Below, one piece after another: positions 31,237 through 39,537 of a stretch of DNA of 64,000 nt; position 1 is the stretch's first letter, and each line of letters opens with the position of its first letter. Location of the stretch: the NCBI GenBank assembly GCA_963457535.1, contig OY734803.1, positions 89,122 to 153,121 on the forward strand, read 5' to 3'. This stretch comes from Arenicellales bacterium (GTDB taxonomy: Bacteria; Pseudomonadota; Gammaproteobacteria; Arenicellales; Poriferihabitantaceae). The translations under genes were made by a program, and so were the position numbers. The notes beneath the pieces were generated by a model that worked only from the letters and a program-made list of their open reading frames with translations, was not told the DNA's origin and made no database searches.

Positions 31237-32126
31237 TCACTGCGAATGCGCAAAAGAGTCCCAGATTTTCATGATGACTCTCATGCTGCATTCAGCGCGT
31301 TCATGGACGGTGGCGAAACCACGTTCCGCGAGTTCCCGCAACACCCACTGCTCCATCTGATAGGCGAGCGCAGCGTTTTCCCAGTCTTGCGTTTTGTGAA
31401 TTTTCCAAAGCGGATCATCCAGCATATGACTGAGCAATTCGCTCGGGATGTGCGTATTGATGTCGGCACAGCGTTTGGTCGTATCATGCGCCCAGCCGAC
31501 TTTCCAAATATTGCTTGAGCCGAAACGCAGCAAGTAGGTCTGCGCCGGACGGTTGGGGGCGCGTTCCACCACATAGCCGCCGCGTTCGGTAAGGGGCGGG
31601 GGAGATGGGGTGAGCGGCTTAGCCTTTGATTCTGCGACTTTAAATGCCGCCGCGCCGCTTGCAGATTCCGCCGGCGCCGGCGATCCCTGGTCAAGCGGCA
31701 ACTCATAGCCGCTCAACGGAATATAGGGCAGCCCGGCTGTGCCAAAGTGCATTTGCCAACTTCCGTCCCTGTAAAAGATGTAAATTTGCTGCCTCCTTGG
31801 TGCGGCAAGTTCAGCCCATTTTTTGAATTTTTCGTATCCAAACGCATACGCGTGCGGCAAATTCTCACAGGCCAGCACCAAATATGCGTCCGTCGCATCT
31901 TCCAAAAATTTTTGTTGATGGGGAGTCAACGTATACCAATAATTTTGGTAAGGGTCGATTTCGTATTTTTTTGAGGGAAGGGCGACAAGGCGCTCATTGC
32001 GACGCTTGTAAAACAACTTTTCTGCCGCCCGCGCGCCGGCCGCATGAACTCCACACCGAGCCGATTGCCCATCGCTGCGACGGCTCGTGCGCGCAATGCA
32101 TCTATGTCAGAGGTCTCCTTCGCCAT
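31237..32126 (-). pseudogene. Frameshifted gene: unknown N-terminal domain fused to a GIY-YIG-like (T5orf172-type) C-terminal domain
   Basis: ATG 32126 frame MAKETSDIDALRARAV...RGRQK joins the LFYKRRNERLVALPSKKY frame if one A is added to the A4 run at 32018-32021. C-terminus TYLLRF..WKVGWA....KR...MEQ. Confidence 0.6.
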
Positions 32127-32140
32127 GACGCTGATTTTCC

Positions 32141-33412
32141 TCAACCAAACATCCCCTTCAAAGTAAAGAAAAACAGCGCCGACAGCACGCCGCAGACGGG
32201 GAGGGTGACCAGCCAGGAGGCGAAGACGCCGCCGACTACGCGGAGGTCTATCGCGCCGATGCCGCGGGCGAGGCCGACGCCGATTACGCCGCCGACTACG
32301 ATTTGGGTGGTGGAGACCGGCAGGCCGGTGCGCGAGGCGAGGACTACGGTGGCGGCCGCGGCGAGTTCCACGCAGAAACCCATGGTCGGGGTGAGCATGG
32401 TGATCTTGGTGCCGATGGTGCGGATGACGCGGTAGCCCAGCGTGGCCAGGCCGAGGACGATGCCGCCGCCGCCGAGGAACAAAATCCACAGCGGCAGCGC
32501 CGCGGTCTGGGTCATTTCGCCGCCGCTTTCCACGATGCTGAACACCGCGGCGAGGGGGCCGATGCCGTTGGCGACGTCGTTGGAGCCGTGCGCGAACGCC
32601 ATGGCCGAGGCGGTGAACAGCAGCATCGGCGTGAACACTTTTTCCACCGCGGCGAAATCCGCGCTCATGTCATCGCCGCCAGACGGCGCGACGCGCACCC
32701 GCGCGATCAGCAGGCGGCCGATGAACGCGACCAGGACGCCGACCGCGAAGGCGATCGCAAAACTCTGCGGCACGCTGAGGTCCACTTTCAAATGTTTCAG
32801 CCCCTTGAACACCGTGACCAGCGTGACCACGAAGCCGACGAGGAAGACATACAGCGGCGCCCATTGTTTTGCTTTTTCAATGGGGCGGGGCGTGTTGAGG
32901 ATCAGGCGGCGAATGCTGATCATCAAAAGAAACGCGAGCATGCCGCCGACCATCGGCGAGACCACCCAACTCGCGACTATGGTGTTGATCTTTCCCCAGT
33001 TGACCGCGCTGTAATCAATGCCGGCGACGCCGAAGCCGACGATTGCGCCGATGATGGAATGCGTGGTGGAAACCGGCCAGCCGCGCGCCGAGGCGGCCAG
33101 CAGCCAGGCGGCCGCGGCGAGCAGCGAGGCGAGCATGCCGTAGACCAAAATTTCCGGCTGCCCGATAATTTGCTGCGGGTCAATGATGCCTTTGCGGATG
33201 GTTTTGGTGACATGCCCGCCGGCGAGAAACGCGCCGGCGAATTCAAACACCGCGGCGATGCACACCGCCTGCGTCACGGTGATCGCCTTGGAGCCGACCG
33301 ACGCGCCCATGGCATTCGCCGCGTCGTTGGCGCCGATGCTCCAGGTCATAAAGCAGCCGAAAGCGATGGCGATGATCAGCAGCGTCGCGCCGTGCTGGGC
33401 GATAACTTCCAT
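32141..33412 (-). CDS. pitA: Inorganic phosphate transporter, PiT family
   Basis: GANDAANA, PVSTTHS, HGSNDVANG, PVSTTQ. Confidence 0.94.
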   Translation of the reverse strand: MEVIAQHGATLLIIAIAFGCFMTWSIGANDAANAMGASVGSKAITVTQAVCIAAVFEFAGAFLAGGHVTKTIRKGIIDPQQIIGQPEILVYGMLASLLAAAAWLLAASARGWPVSTTHSIIGAIVGFGVAGIDYSAVNWGKINTIVASWVVSPMVGGMLAFLLMISIRRLILNTPRPIEKAKQWAPLYVFLVGFVVTLVTVFKGLKHLKVDLSVPQSFAIAFAVGVLVAFIGRLLIARVRVAPSGGDDMSADFAAVEKVFTPMLLFTASAMAFAHGSNDVANGIGPLAAVFSIVESGGEMTQTAALPLWILFLGGGGIVLGLATLGYRVIRTIGTKITMLTPTMGFCVELAAAATVVLASRTGLPVSTTQIVVGGVIGVGLARGIGAIDLRVVGGVFASWLVTLPVCGVLSALFFFTLKGMFG

Positions 33413-33448
33413 TGGGTTTCTCCGGGGAAGGGGGCGTGGAAAAAAAGA

Positions 33449-34126
33449 TCAGCGCGCGACGAACAGGCGCACGCGGTCTCCGACTTTTTCGGCGTGGTCG
33501 GCGAGGTCGCCGATCCATTCAATGATGCGGTACCACATGATCACCGAGACCGGGTCCAGTTCGGATTCAATCGCAAACAGCGCGCGCGACAGGTCGCGCT
33601 CAATTTCGTCCGCTTCGTGCTCAAACAAATTGAGTTGTTCGGTCATTTCGCGGACGCGGCGCGCGCCGGCGCCGCGGAAGCCGACGCCGACCAATTCGTC
33701 CAGTTTTTGAATGATGCGCAGCGAAAACTCGCAGACGCGCACGCTGCTTTCGGCGAGCGCAATCAGCGGCTCCTCCAGTTTCGCCGGCACTTTCATGCTG
33801 CGCTCGTCCAGCAGGTCGGCGATGTTTTGCGCGGTGTCGGCGATGCTGTCCTGAAAATGCAGCACCTCCAGCAGGTCGCGGCGGGCGATGGGCATGAACA
33901 GCGTGCGCGGCAGGCGGCCGCGCAATTCGTTTTTGATTTTGTCGGCGGCGTTTTCCGCGTCGTAAATGCGGGTTTTGATGCGCGAAAATTCGCCGGCGTT
34001 TTGGTCGCGCAGCGCGCGCAGCAGGCCGGGGACTTCGCGCGCGGATTCCACCGCGACTTGCATGTGCTGCTGGATGTCGTCCAGCGGCGAGCGCTTGAGG
34101 AGTTTGGTGAACGGACCGGAGAACAT
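33449..34126 (-). CDS. DUF47/TIGR00153 phosphate transport regulator
   Basis: ENAADKIK..LR..LP..LFMP..R.DLL, EHEADEIE and IGDLADHAEKVG; directly upstream of pit. Confidence 0.9.
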   Translation of the reverse strand: MFSGPFTKLLKRSPLDDIQQHMQVAVESAREVPGLLRALRDQNAGEFSRIKTRIYDAENAADKIKNELRGRLPRTLFMPIARRDLLEVLHFQDSIADTAQNIADLLDERSMKVPAKLEEPLIALAESSVRVCEFSLRIIQKLDELVGVGFRGAGARRVREMTEQLNLFEHEADEIERDLSRALFAIESELDPVSVIMWYRIIEWIGDLADHAEKVGDRVRLFVAR

Positions 34127-34184
34127 GAGACCGGGAGTTTTCTGAGGACTTTTTTGGGGGTCGGAGGGGCGTCGGCGCGGGCGG

Positions 34185-34212
34185 ATACTAGCGCATGAAA
34201 AAGGCATGTCAA
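34185..34212 (-). promoter_or_regulatory. Sigma70-type promoter of the DUF47-pit operon
   Basis: Minus strand TTGACA (34212-34207), 16-bp spacer, TAGTAT (34190-34185). Confidence 0.65.
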
Positions 34213-34225
34213 GGGGGGGGGGGGG
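34213..34225. repeat. G13 homopolymer tract
   Basis: 13 consecutive G directly abutting the -35 hexamer above. Confidence 0.9.
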
Positions 34226-34272
34226 CGGCAAAAAAAATTGCCGGCGCCCATCCGCGTTTGCGTAAATCACTT

Positions 34273-34300
34273 ATTTTACATAATGTAAATTATGCGAATA
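34273..34300 (-). other. dif: dif site (XerCD chromosome dimer resolution)
   Basis: Minus strand TATTCGCATAA-TTTACA-TTATGTAAAAT vs E. coli GGTGCGCATAA-TGTATA-TTATGTTAAAT; intergenic; KOPS motifs converge here. Confidence 0.85.
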
Positions 34301-34357
34301 AGTAATAACGGCAAGGGGCGAAAAGTCCCGCAGAAAACGCCGGATCCCGGCGAAAAA

Positions 34358-35302
34358 TCACCGAAACCGCCGCACATTCCGCAGGTGGCCGAACTGGCTC
34401 TGCGCTTCAATGAATATTCGCGCGATTTCCGGAAACTTGCTCCTAATGATTGTTTCCAATTGCGTTATTTTTTCCTCCACATCGGCCGAGGACATTTCGT
34501 CGGAGAAATCCAGACTCACCGTGAGCAGCACATCCTGCGGGCCGAGGTGCATGGTCAGAATCTCGTTGATGCCGATAATCCCGCTTTCCTCGGCGAGAAT
34601 GCGGCGAATGCCGATGCGCACCTCGTCGCTGGCCGCCTCCCCTATCAGCAGCCCCTTGCTCTCGTAGGCGAGCACCGCGGCGGTGCCGGCGAGGATGATG
34701 CTGATGCCGATGGAGGCGAGCGCGTCAAAGCGCGGGTCGGCGAGGTGTTCGGTCAAAAACACCCCGATAAACGCGCAAATCAGCCCGAGCATGGCCGCGC
34801 TGTCCTCAAAAAGCACGGTGAAAACGGTCGGATCCTTGCTGGACTGCACCGCCTCAAAATAGCCCTGCGTCTTCTTTTTGTTGCGGCGAAACTCGCGAAA
34901 CGCGACTATCCAGGCGAAGGCCTCAAAAATCATGGCAGTGCCCAGCACCACGTAATTGACAATCGGGTGCAGCACCGGCTTCGGCTCCAGCAGTTTGTGG
35001 ATGCCCTCGTAGAGCGAAACGCCGGCGCCGATGGCGAAAATCAGGATGGCGACCACGAACGCCCAGAAATAGAGTTCCATGCCGTAGCCGAACGGGTGGC
35101 GCTCGTCTGCGGGGCGGCTGGCGCGGTTCATGCCCCACAACAGCAGCCCCTGATTGCCGGTGTCCACCACCGAGTGCACCGCCTCGCTCAGCATCGCCGA
35201 ACTGCCGGTGATGCCGACGGCGATGAATTTGGTGATGGCGATCAGGCCGTTGCCGATCATCGCGGCCAGAACGACCCAGACCGAGCCGGATTTTCTCTTC
35301 AT
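34358..35302 (-). CDS. Cation diffusion facilitator family transporter
   Basis: GSSAMLSEAVHSVVDTGNQ, HPFGYGME.YFW, EDSAA. Confidence 0.93.
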   Translation of the reverse strand: MKRKSGSVWVVLAAMIGNGLIAITKFIAVGITGSSAMLSEAVHSVVDTGNQGLLLWGMNRASRPADERHPFGYGMELYFWAFVVAILIFAIGAGVSLYEGIHKLLEPKPVLHPIVNYVVLGTAMIFEAFAWIVAFREFRRNKKKTQGYFEAVQSSKDPTVFTVLFEDSAAMLGLICAFIGVFLTEHLADPRFDALASIGISIILAGTAAVLAYESKGLLIGEAASDEVRIGIRRILAEESGIIGINEILTMHLGPQDVLLTVSLDFSDEMSSADVEEKITQLETIIRSKFPEIARIFIEAQSQFGHLRNVRRFR

Positions 35303-35399
35303 CGCGCGTTCCCGCGGTTTTGGCGGGGATTTTTACGCGGTCTTTTTTTCATAAGGAACTCGCGGTTTTCCCCAAAATTTGTATTGCTTTCCATTGTTT

Positions 35400-35852
35400 T
35401 TACGAGACTTTTTTCGCGTCTTGCGGGATGGAATAGGTGCCGGTGGCGTGCGCGACCGGTTGCTCGTCGCCGAGCGCCTCGCTGCATAAAGTCGCCTCGC
35501 ACACCGCCAGGCGTTTGCCGAGTTTCAGCAGGCGCGCCCGCGCGAGAATGTCGCCGGGCGGGGGTTTGCGCAAAAAGTGCATGGAAAAGTTGGTGGTCAC
35601 GGCCAATTCCACCGCGCCGATATTGCCGAGAATCGCCGCGTAAAACGCCGCGTCGGCGAGCCCCATCATAATCGGTCCGGCGATGCTGCCGCCGGGACGC
35701 AAAAAATCGTCGCGGTGCACCGCGCGCATCACCGCGCCGTCAAAATCGATGGATTCGGCGCGCAACCCCATCAGCGCGGCAAACGGCAGGCGCGCATCGG
35801 CGATGCGGTTGAATTCCTGAACGGTGAGGTTGGTGTCGCGGGGCGCGGGCAT
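35400..35852 (-). CDS. PaaI-family thioesterase
   Basis: LRPGGSIAGPIMMGLAD, AVTTNFSMHFLRKP hotdog fold. Confidence 0.88.
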   Translation of the reverse strand: MPAPRDTNLTVQEFNRIADARLPFAALMGLRAESIDFDGAVMRAVHRDDFLRPGGSIAGPIMMGLADAAFYAAILGNIGAVELAVTTNFSMHFLRKPPPGDILARARLLKLGKRLAVCEATLCSEALGDEQPVAHATGTYSIPQDAKKVS

Positions 35853-35921
35853 GGGCGGCTCGGGCGGGAGTATAACCGCTTCGCCGCCGGAATGGTGGAG
35901 CGGCGGTGCTATACTGCAAAA

Positions 35922-36125
35922 ATGTCCGCGCCCCTCCCCCTTTTGTTCATCGCCGCCTATTTGTTGCCGGGCCTCCTTTTCGGCGCCGCGTTTTTTTGGC
36001 GCGGTCACGCGGTCATCACCCCGGACGCGCGCGGCGCCTCGTTCGGAGTGCGGCTGCTTTGGACGCCGGCGGCGATTGCGCTTTGGCCGCTCCTCGCCGT
36101 CAAATGGAGTCGCAGTAAAAAATGA
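35922..36125 (+). CDS. Small two-TM membrane protein
   Basis: MSAPLPLLFIAAYLLPGLLFGAAFFW...GVRLLWTPAAIALWPLL. TGCTATACT extended -10 just upstream suggests a leaderless transcript. Confidence 0.65.
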   Translation: MSAPLPLLFIAAYLLPGLLFGAAFFWRGHAVITPDARGASFGVRLLWTPAAIALWPLLAVKWSRSKK

Positions 36126-36289
36126 TTCGTCCGCAACGCGTCATTCACCGCTTCGTCTGGCTGCTGCTGCCGCCGGCGCTTTTGCTCGCGCTGTTTTATT
36201 TCAGCGCGCCCGACACCGATCTTTCCCCGCCCGACAACGCGAACGCGCCGGCCGCGTTGCGCGCCATCGGCAAGGGACCCCTTAATTAA
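36122..36289 (+). CDS. Small single-TM protein (not in the ORF track)
   Basis: Manual translation MIRPQRVIHRFVWLLLPPALLLALFYFSAPD... (55 aa); ATGA overlap with the previous gene. Confidence 0.6.
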   Translation: MIRPQRVIHRFVWLLLPPALLLALFYFSAPDTDLSPPDNANAPAALRAIGKGPLN

Positions 36290-36293
36290 TGTC

Positions 36294-37343
36294 ATGAGCC
36301 ACGGTTTCGTCGCGGTTCAGTGGAACCGCCGCAAACTCTTTTACGACCTGTGCATCTGGGTCTGCGTCGCGCTCTACCTCGCGCTGTTCATTGGCGCGAG
36401 CGACCTCGCCGGCGCCGACGCGTTGTCCGCGCCGATCGTGCTGATGCGCGCGCTTTCCACCTGCGCATTTTTAATGTTGAATGTGATTTTGTGCATCGGC
36501 CCCCTCGCCCGCCTTTCCCCGCGGTTTTTGCCGCTCCTCTACAACCGCCGCCACCTCGGCGTGTCCATGTTCGTGGTCGCGCTGCTGCACGCCGCGCTGG
36601 CGATTTATTGGTATCACGGCTTCGGCGTGATCAATCCGCTCGCGTCAGTCGCGGTTATTGGCGGAGATTTTCCGTTTCAATTGCTCGGCGCGATTGCATT
36701 GGCGATTTTGTTTTTGATGGCCGCGACCAGCCACGATTACTGGAACGCGACGCTCGGCGGACCTTTGTGGAAGGCGATTCACATGCTGGTGTATCCGGCT
36801 TACGCGCTGATTGTCGCGCACATTTTGTTCGGCGCGTTGCAGCAAAACGACACCGGTTTCGCGCCGTGGATGGCGATGGCGAGCGTTTGCATTGTCGGCG
36901 GACTGCACATTTTGGCGGCGCTTTTTAAATCCGGCGCGGATTTTCATGCCGCAAAAAGTCCGGCGGAAACTTCTTGGCTGGACCTTTGCGACTGGCATGA
37001 CATCCCGATCAACCGCGCGCAAATTTTCGCGTTGCGCGGCGCCGAGCGGGTCGCGGTGTTTCGCTACCGCGACAATGCCGGCGCGACCAAAATCGCCGCG
37101 GTTTCCAATGTCTGCCAGCACCAAAACGGGCCGCTCGGCGAGGGGCGCGTGATGGACGGGCTGATCACCTGCCCGTGGCACGGCTACCAATACCGCCCCG
37201 AAGACGGCTGCTCGCCGCCGCCTTTCGGCGAAAAAATCCCGACCTACCGCGTCAAAGTGGAAGGCGCGCGCGTCTTGCTGGACCCGGCGCCGCTGCCGCC
37301 CGGCTCGCCGCGCCCGGTGGTGGAAATTCCCGGTGAAAAATGA
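36294..37343 (+). CDS. Ferric reductase-like transmembrane domain fused to a Rieske [2Fe-2S] domain
   Basis: TM His residues (NRRHLG, LLHAA, AIHMLVY, VAHIL); C-terminal CQHQNGPL...TCPWHG Rieske ligands. Confidence 0.85.
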   Translation: MSHGFVAVQWNRRKLFYDLCIWVCVALYLALFIGASDLAGADALSAPIVLMRALSTCAFLMLNVILCIGPLARLSPRFLPLLYNRRHLGVSMFVVALLHAALAIYWYHGFGVINPLASVAVIGGDFPFQLLGAIALAILFLMAATSHDYWNATLGGPLWKAIHMLVYPAYALIVAHILFGALQQNDTGFAPWMAMASVCIVGGLHILAALFKSGADFHAAKSPAETSWLDLCDWHDIPINRAQIFALRGAERVAVFRYRDNAGATKIAAVSNVCQHQNGPLGEGRVMDGLITCPWHGYQYRPEDGCSPPPFGEKIPTYRVKVEGARVLLDPAPLPPGSPRPVVEIPGEK

Positions 37344-38149
37344 TGGCTGAGAAAAAACCCAGCGACAAACCTTTCTTCGTCGGTTATCTGCCGATGCCGG
37401 CCGCGCTGGCGCGTTTTTATTGGCCGCTCGCGCTGCTTTTGCTGGTTGCCGCCGCTTTTGCCGGACATTTTCTGGCGATGCAGCAACAATCGGCCGGCGA
37501 GGCGACTTGGCGGCCGGCGACGCCGGAGGTTTTGCGCGGGGTTTTAACCTTGCGCCCCTACCCGGCGCTGCACCGTTTTCACCCGCAAAACCCGGGCCGA
37601 ATTGAGTCGGTGCTTTTGGTCGGCCAGGGAAAACACGCGGCGAATTTGCCGGCGCGTTTTGACGGGCGCGCGGTCGCGATTCGCGGCGCGGAAATTCTCC
37701 GCGGAAACTGGCGGATGCTGGAAATCCCCGCGGTAACTGAAAGCGAACATGAAATCTCCGGGGAAAACTCCGACACAATTTCCCTCGCGGAAATTCCGGA
37801 TGAAAATGCGCTGCGCGCCGAACTCGGTTTTGAATCCCTCGGCGGCGTCGTGTTTCGCGGCGAAATCGCCGACTCCAAATGTTTCCTCGGCGTGATGAAA
37901 CCCGGCGCCGGCGCGGTGCACAAAGCATGCGCGGAACTCTGTTTGTTGGGCGGCATTCCGCCGGTGCTGGTGGTGCAAAACGCGCAACGCGAAAAGTTTG
38001 GCTACTTGCTGCTGAACACCGACGGAACTTCCGCCGCGAAATCGCTGGCGCCGCTCGCGGCCGAGTCGGTGCAAGTGCGCGGGGAATTGTTGCGGCAGGG
38101 AGATTTGCTGTTCGTCAAAATGAACGCGGGCGGGTTGGCGCGTTTTTAA
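37340..38149 (+). CDS. Hypothetical membrane-anchored protein with Cys/His motif
   Basis: N-terminal FFVGYLP plus TM helix; DSKCFLGVMKPG.G.VHKACAELCLLGGIPP; overlaps the Rieske gene stop. Confidence 0.75.
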   Translation: MMAEKKPSDKPFFVGYLPMPAALARFYWPLALLLLVAAAFAGHFLAMQQQSAGEATWRPATPEVLRGVLTLRPYPALHRFHPQNPGRIESVLLVGQGKHAANLPARFDGRAVAIRGAEILRGNWRMLEIPAVTESEHEISGENSDTISLAEIPDENALRAELGFESLGGVVFRGEIADSKCFLGVMKPGAGAVHKACAELCLLGGIPPVLVVQNAQREKFGYLLLNTDGTSAAKSLAPLAAESVQVRGELLRQGDLLFVKMNAGGLARF

Positions 38150-38152
38150 TTC

Positions 38153-38614
38153 ATGCCCAACCTTTTAATAGTCGCCAACTGCCCCTCCAAAAACACGCGC
38201 GCCTTGCACCGCGCGGTCTGCGCCGGCGCGGCGCGCGACGAAATCTCCGGCGTGGAAACCCGCGCGAGCGAGCCGCCGGACGCGGCCGCCGACGATGTGT
38301 TGTGGGCCGACGGCGTCATCCTCGGCACCACCGAAAACTTCGGCTACATGAGCGGGCAGATCAAGGACTTTTTGGAGCGCGTCTATTACCCCTGCCTGGA
38401 AAAAACCGAGGGCCTGCCGGCCGCGCTGTATGTCAAGGGCGGCCTGGACGGCACCGGCGCGAAGACCAGCATGGAGCGGATTATCGGCGGCATGAAGTGG
38501 AAACTGGTGCGCCCGACTCTGGTGCTGAAAGGCGATTTTCGCGCCGATTTTCTGCCGCAATGCGAGGAATTGGGGGCGCTGATGGCGGCCGGGCTGGAAG
38601 CCGGGATTTTCTGA
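38153..38614 (+). CDS. Flavodoxin / NAD(P)H-dependent FMN reductase family protein
   Basis: PSKNT phosphate loop; ADGVILGTTENFGYMSGQIKDF. Confidence 0.85.
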   Translation: MPNLLIVANCPSKNTRALHRAVCAGAARDEISGVETRASEPPDAAADDVLWADGVILGTTENFGYMSGQIKDFLERVYYPCLEKTEGLPAALYVKGGLDGTGAKTSMERIIGGMKWKLVRPTLVLKGDFRADFLPQCEELGALMAAGLEAGIF

Positions 38615-38650
38615 TTTACAATTTTTTTACGGATTTTTTACGCGCCCCTT

Positions 38651-38679
38651 TTGCACTTTCCGCGGCGATTTGCTATATT
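38651..38679 (+). promoter_or_regulatory. Sigma70-type promoter of the LolA-like/MMPL/OMP operon
   Basis: TTGCAC, 17-bp spacer, TATATT with TG extended -10. Confidence 0.6.
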
Positions 38680-38734
38680 CTGCTCCGATGCGAAGCAGTA
38701 AAGTCCCCCCTGAAAACTTCCATTGAAAACTGCC

Positions 38735-39535
38735 ATGAAAACTATGAAAACTCTCAAAACCTTGACTCGCCGCGCCGTTGCTTTTTTGCCGGCCGCCATC
38801 CTCCTCACCGCCCTGCCCCTCGCCAATGTGGCCGCGCAGAATTACTCCAGCGGCCAGGCGGTCATGCAGGCCTCCTACGAGCAGTCGCGCCAGCACAAAA
38901 ACCAGCGCGCCTCGGTGGAACTGCTGATCAAAAACCGCGAGGGAAAAACCCGCGTGCGCGAGTTCCGCATGTGGCACAAGATTTTCCCGGAGCGCACCAA
39001 GAGTCTGATGAAGTTTGACCGCCCGCCCAGCGTCAAAAACACCGGCCTTCTGAGCGAGACGCTGGACGGCGCCGACATCGCCGACCAGTGGATCTACCTG
39101 CCGGCGTTGCGCTCGGTCAAGCAACTGAACGCCGACGACCAGAACAAGAGTTTCGTCGGCTCCGACTTCACCAATGGCGACATCGCCGGCCGCCAGGTGT
39201 CGCGCGACAAGCACCGCATCGTCCGCCAGGACAGCAAGAAAATCCACATTGAAAGCATTCCGCGCGACCGCAGCGACCTCTACTCCAAACTGGAAGTGGA
39301 AATGCTGCGCAAAGTGCTGGTGCCGGCGAGCATCACCTTCTACGACCGCGGCGGCAAAAAACTGAAAACCCTGACCAACAACCGCATCCGCAAGGTCAAG
39401 GGCATGTATATGGTCATTGAGGCGGAGATGACCAACCACCAAAGCGGCGGCTCGACCAAGATGACCAAGAGCGACATTGACTTGGACCGCGTCATTGAGG
39501 AGGACCGGGTCGGCATCAAGGGATTGCGGCGCTAA
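38735..39535 (+). CDS. Outer membrane lipoprotein-sorting protein (LolA-like)
   Basis: Signal peptide; F.RP.SVKNTGLL, DQWIYLPALRSVKQ, SFVGSDFTNGD, FYDRGGKKLK. Confidence 0.85.
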   Translation: MKTMKTLKTLTRRAVAFLPAAILLTALPLANVAAQNYSSGQAVMQASYEQSRQHKNQRASVELLIKNREGKTRVREFRMWHKIFPERTKSLMKFDRPPSVKNTGLLSETLDGADIADQWIYLPALRSVKQLNADDQNKSFVGSDFTNGDIAGRQVSRDKHRIVRQDSKKIHIESIPRDRSDLYSKLEVEMLRKVLVPASITFYDRGGKKLKTLTNNRIRKVKGMYMVIEAEMTNHQSGGSTKMTKSDIDLDRVIEEDRVGIKGLRR

Positions 39536-39537
39536 AT

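Noticed and set aside
27969-32140. Island as an integrative mobile element or dif-integrated (IMEX) element
   Set aside because: No integrase, transposase, terminal repeats or second dif copy seen; pit and DUF47 separate it from dif.
34275-34289. Perfect palindrome TTTACAT-A-ATGTAAA as a transcription-factor operator
   Set aside because: Better explained as part of the dif site.
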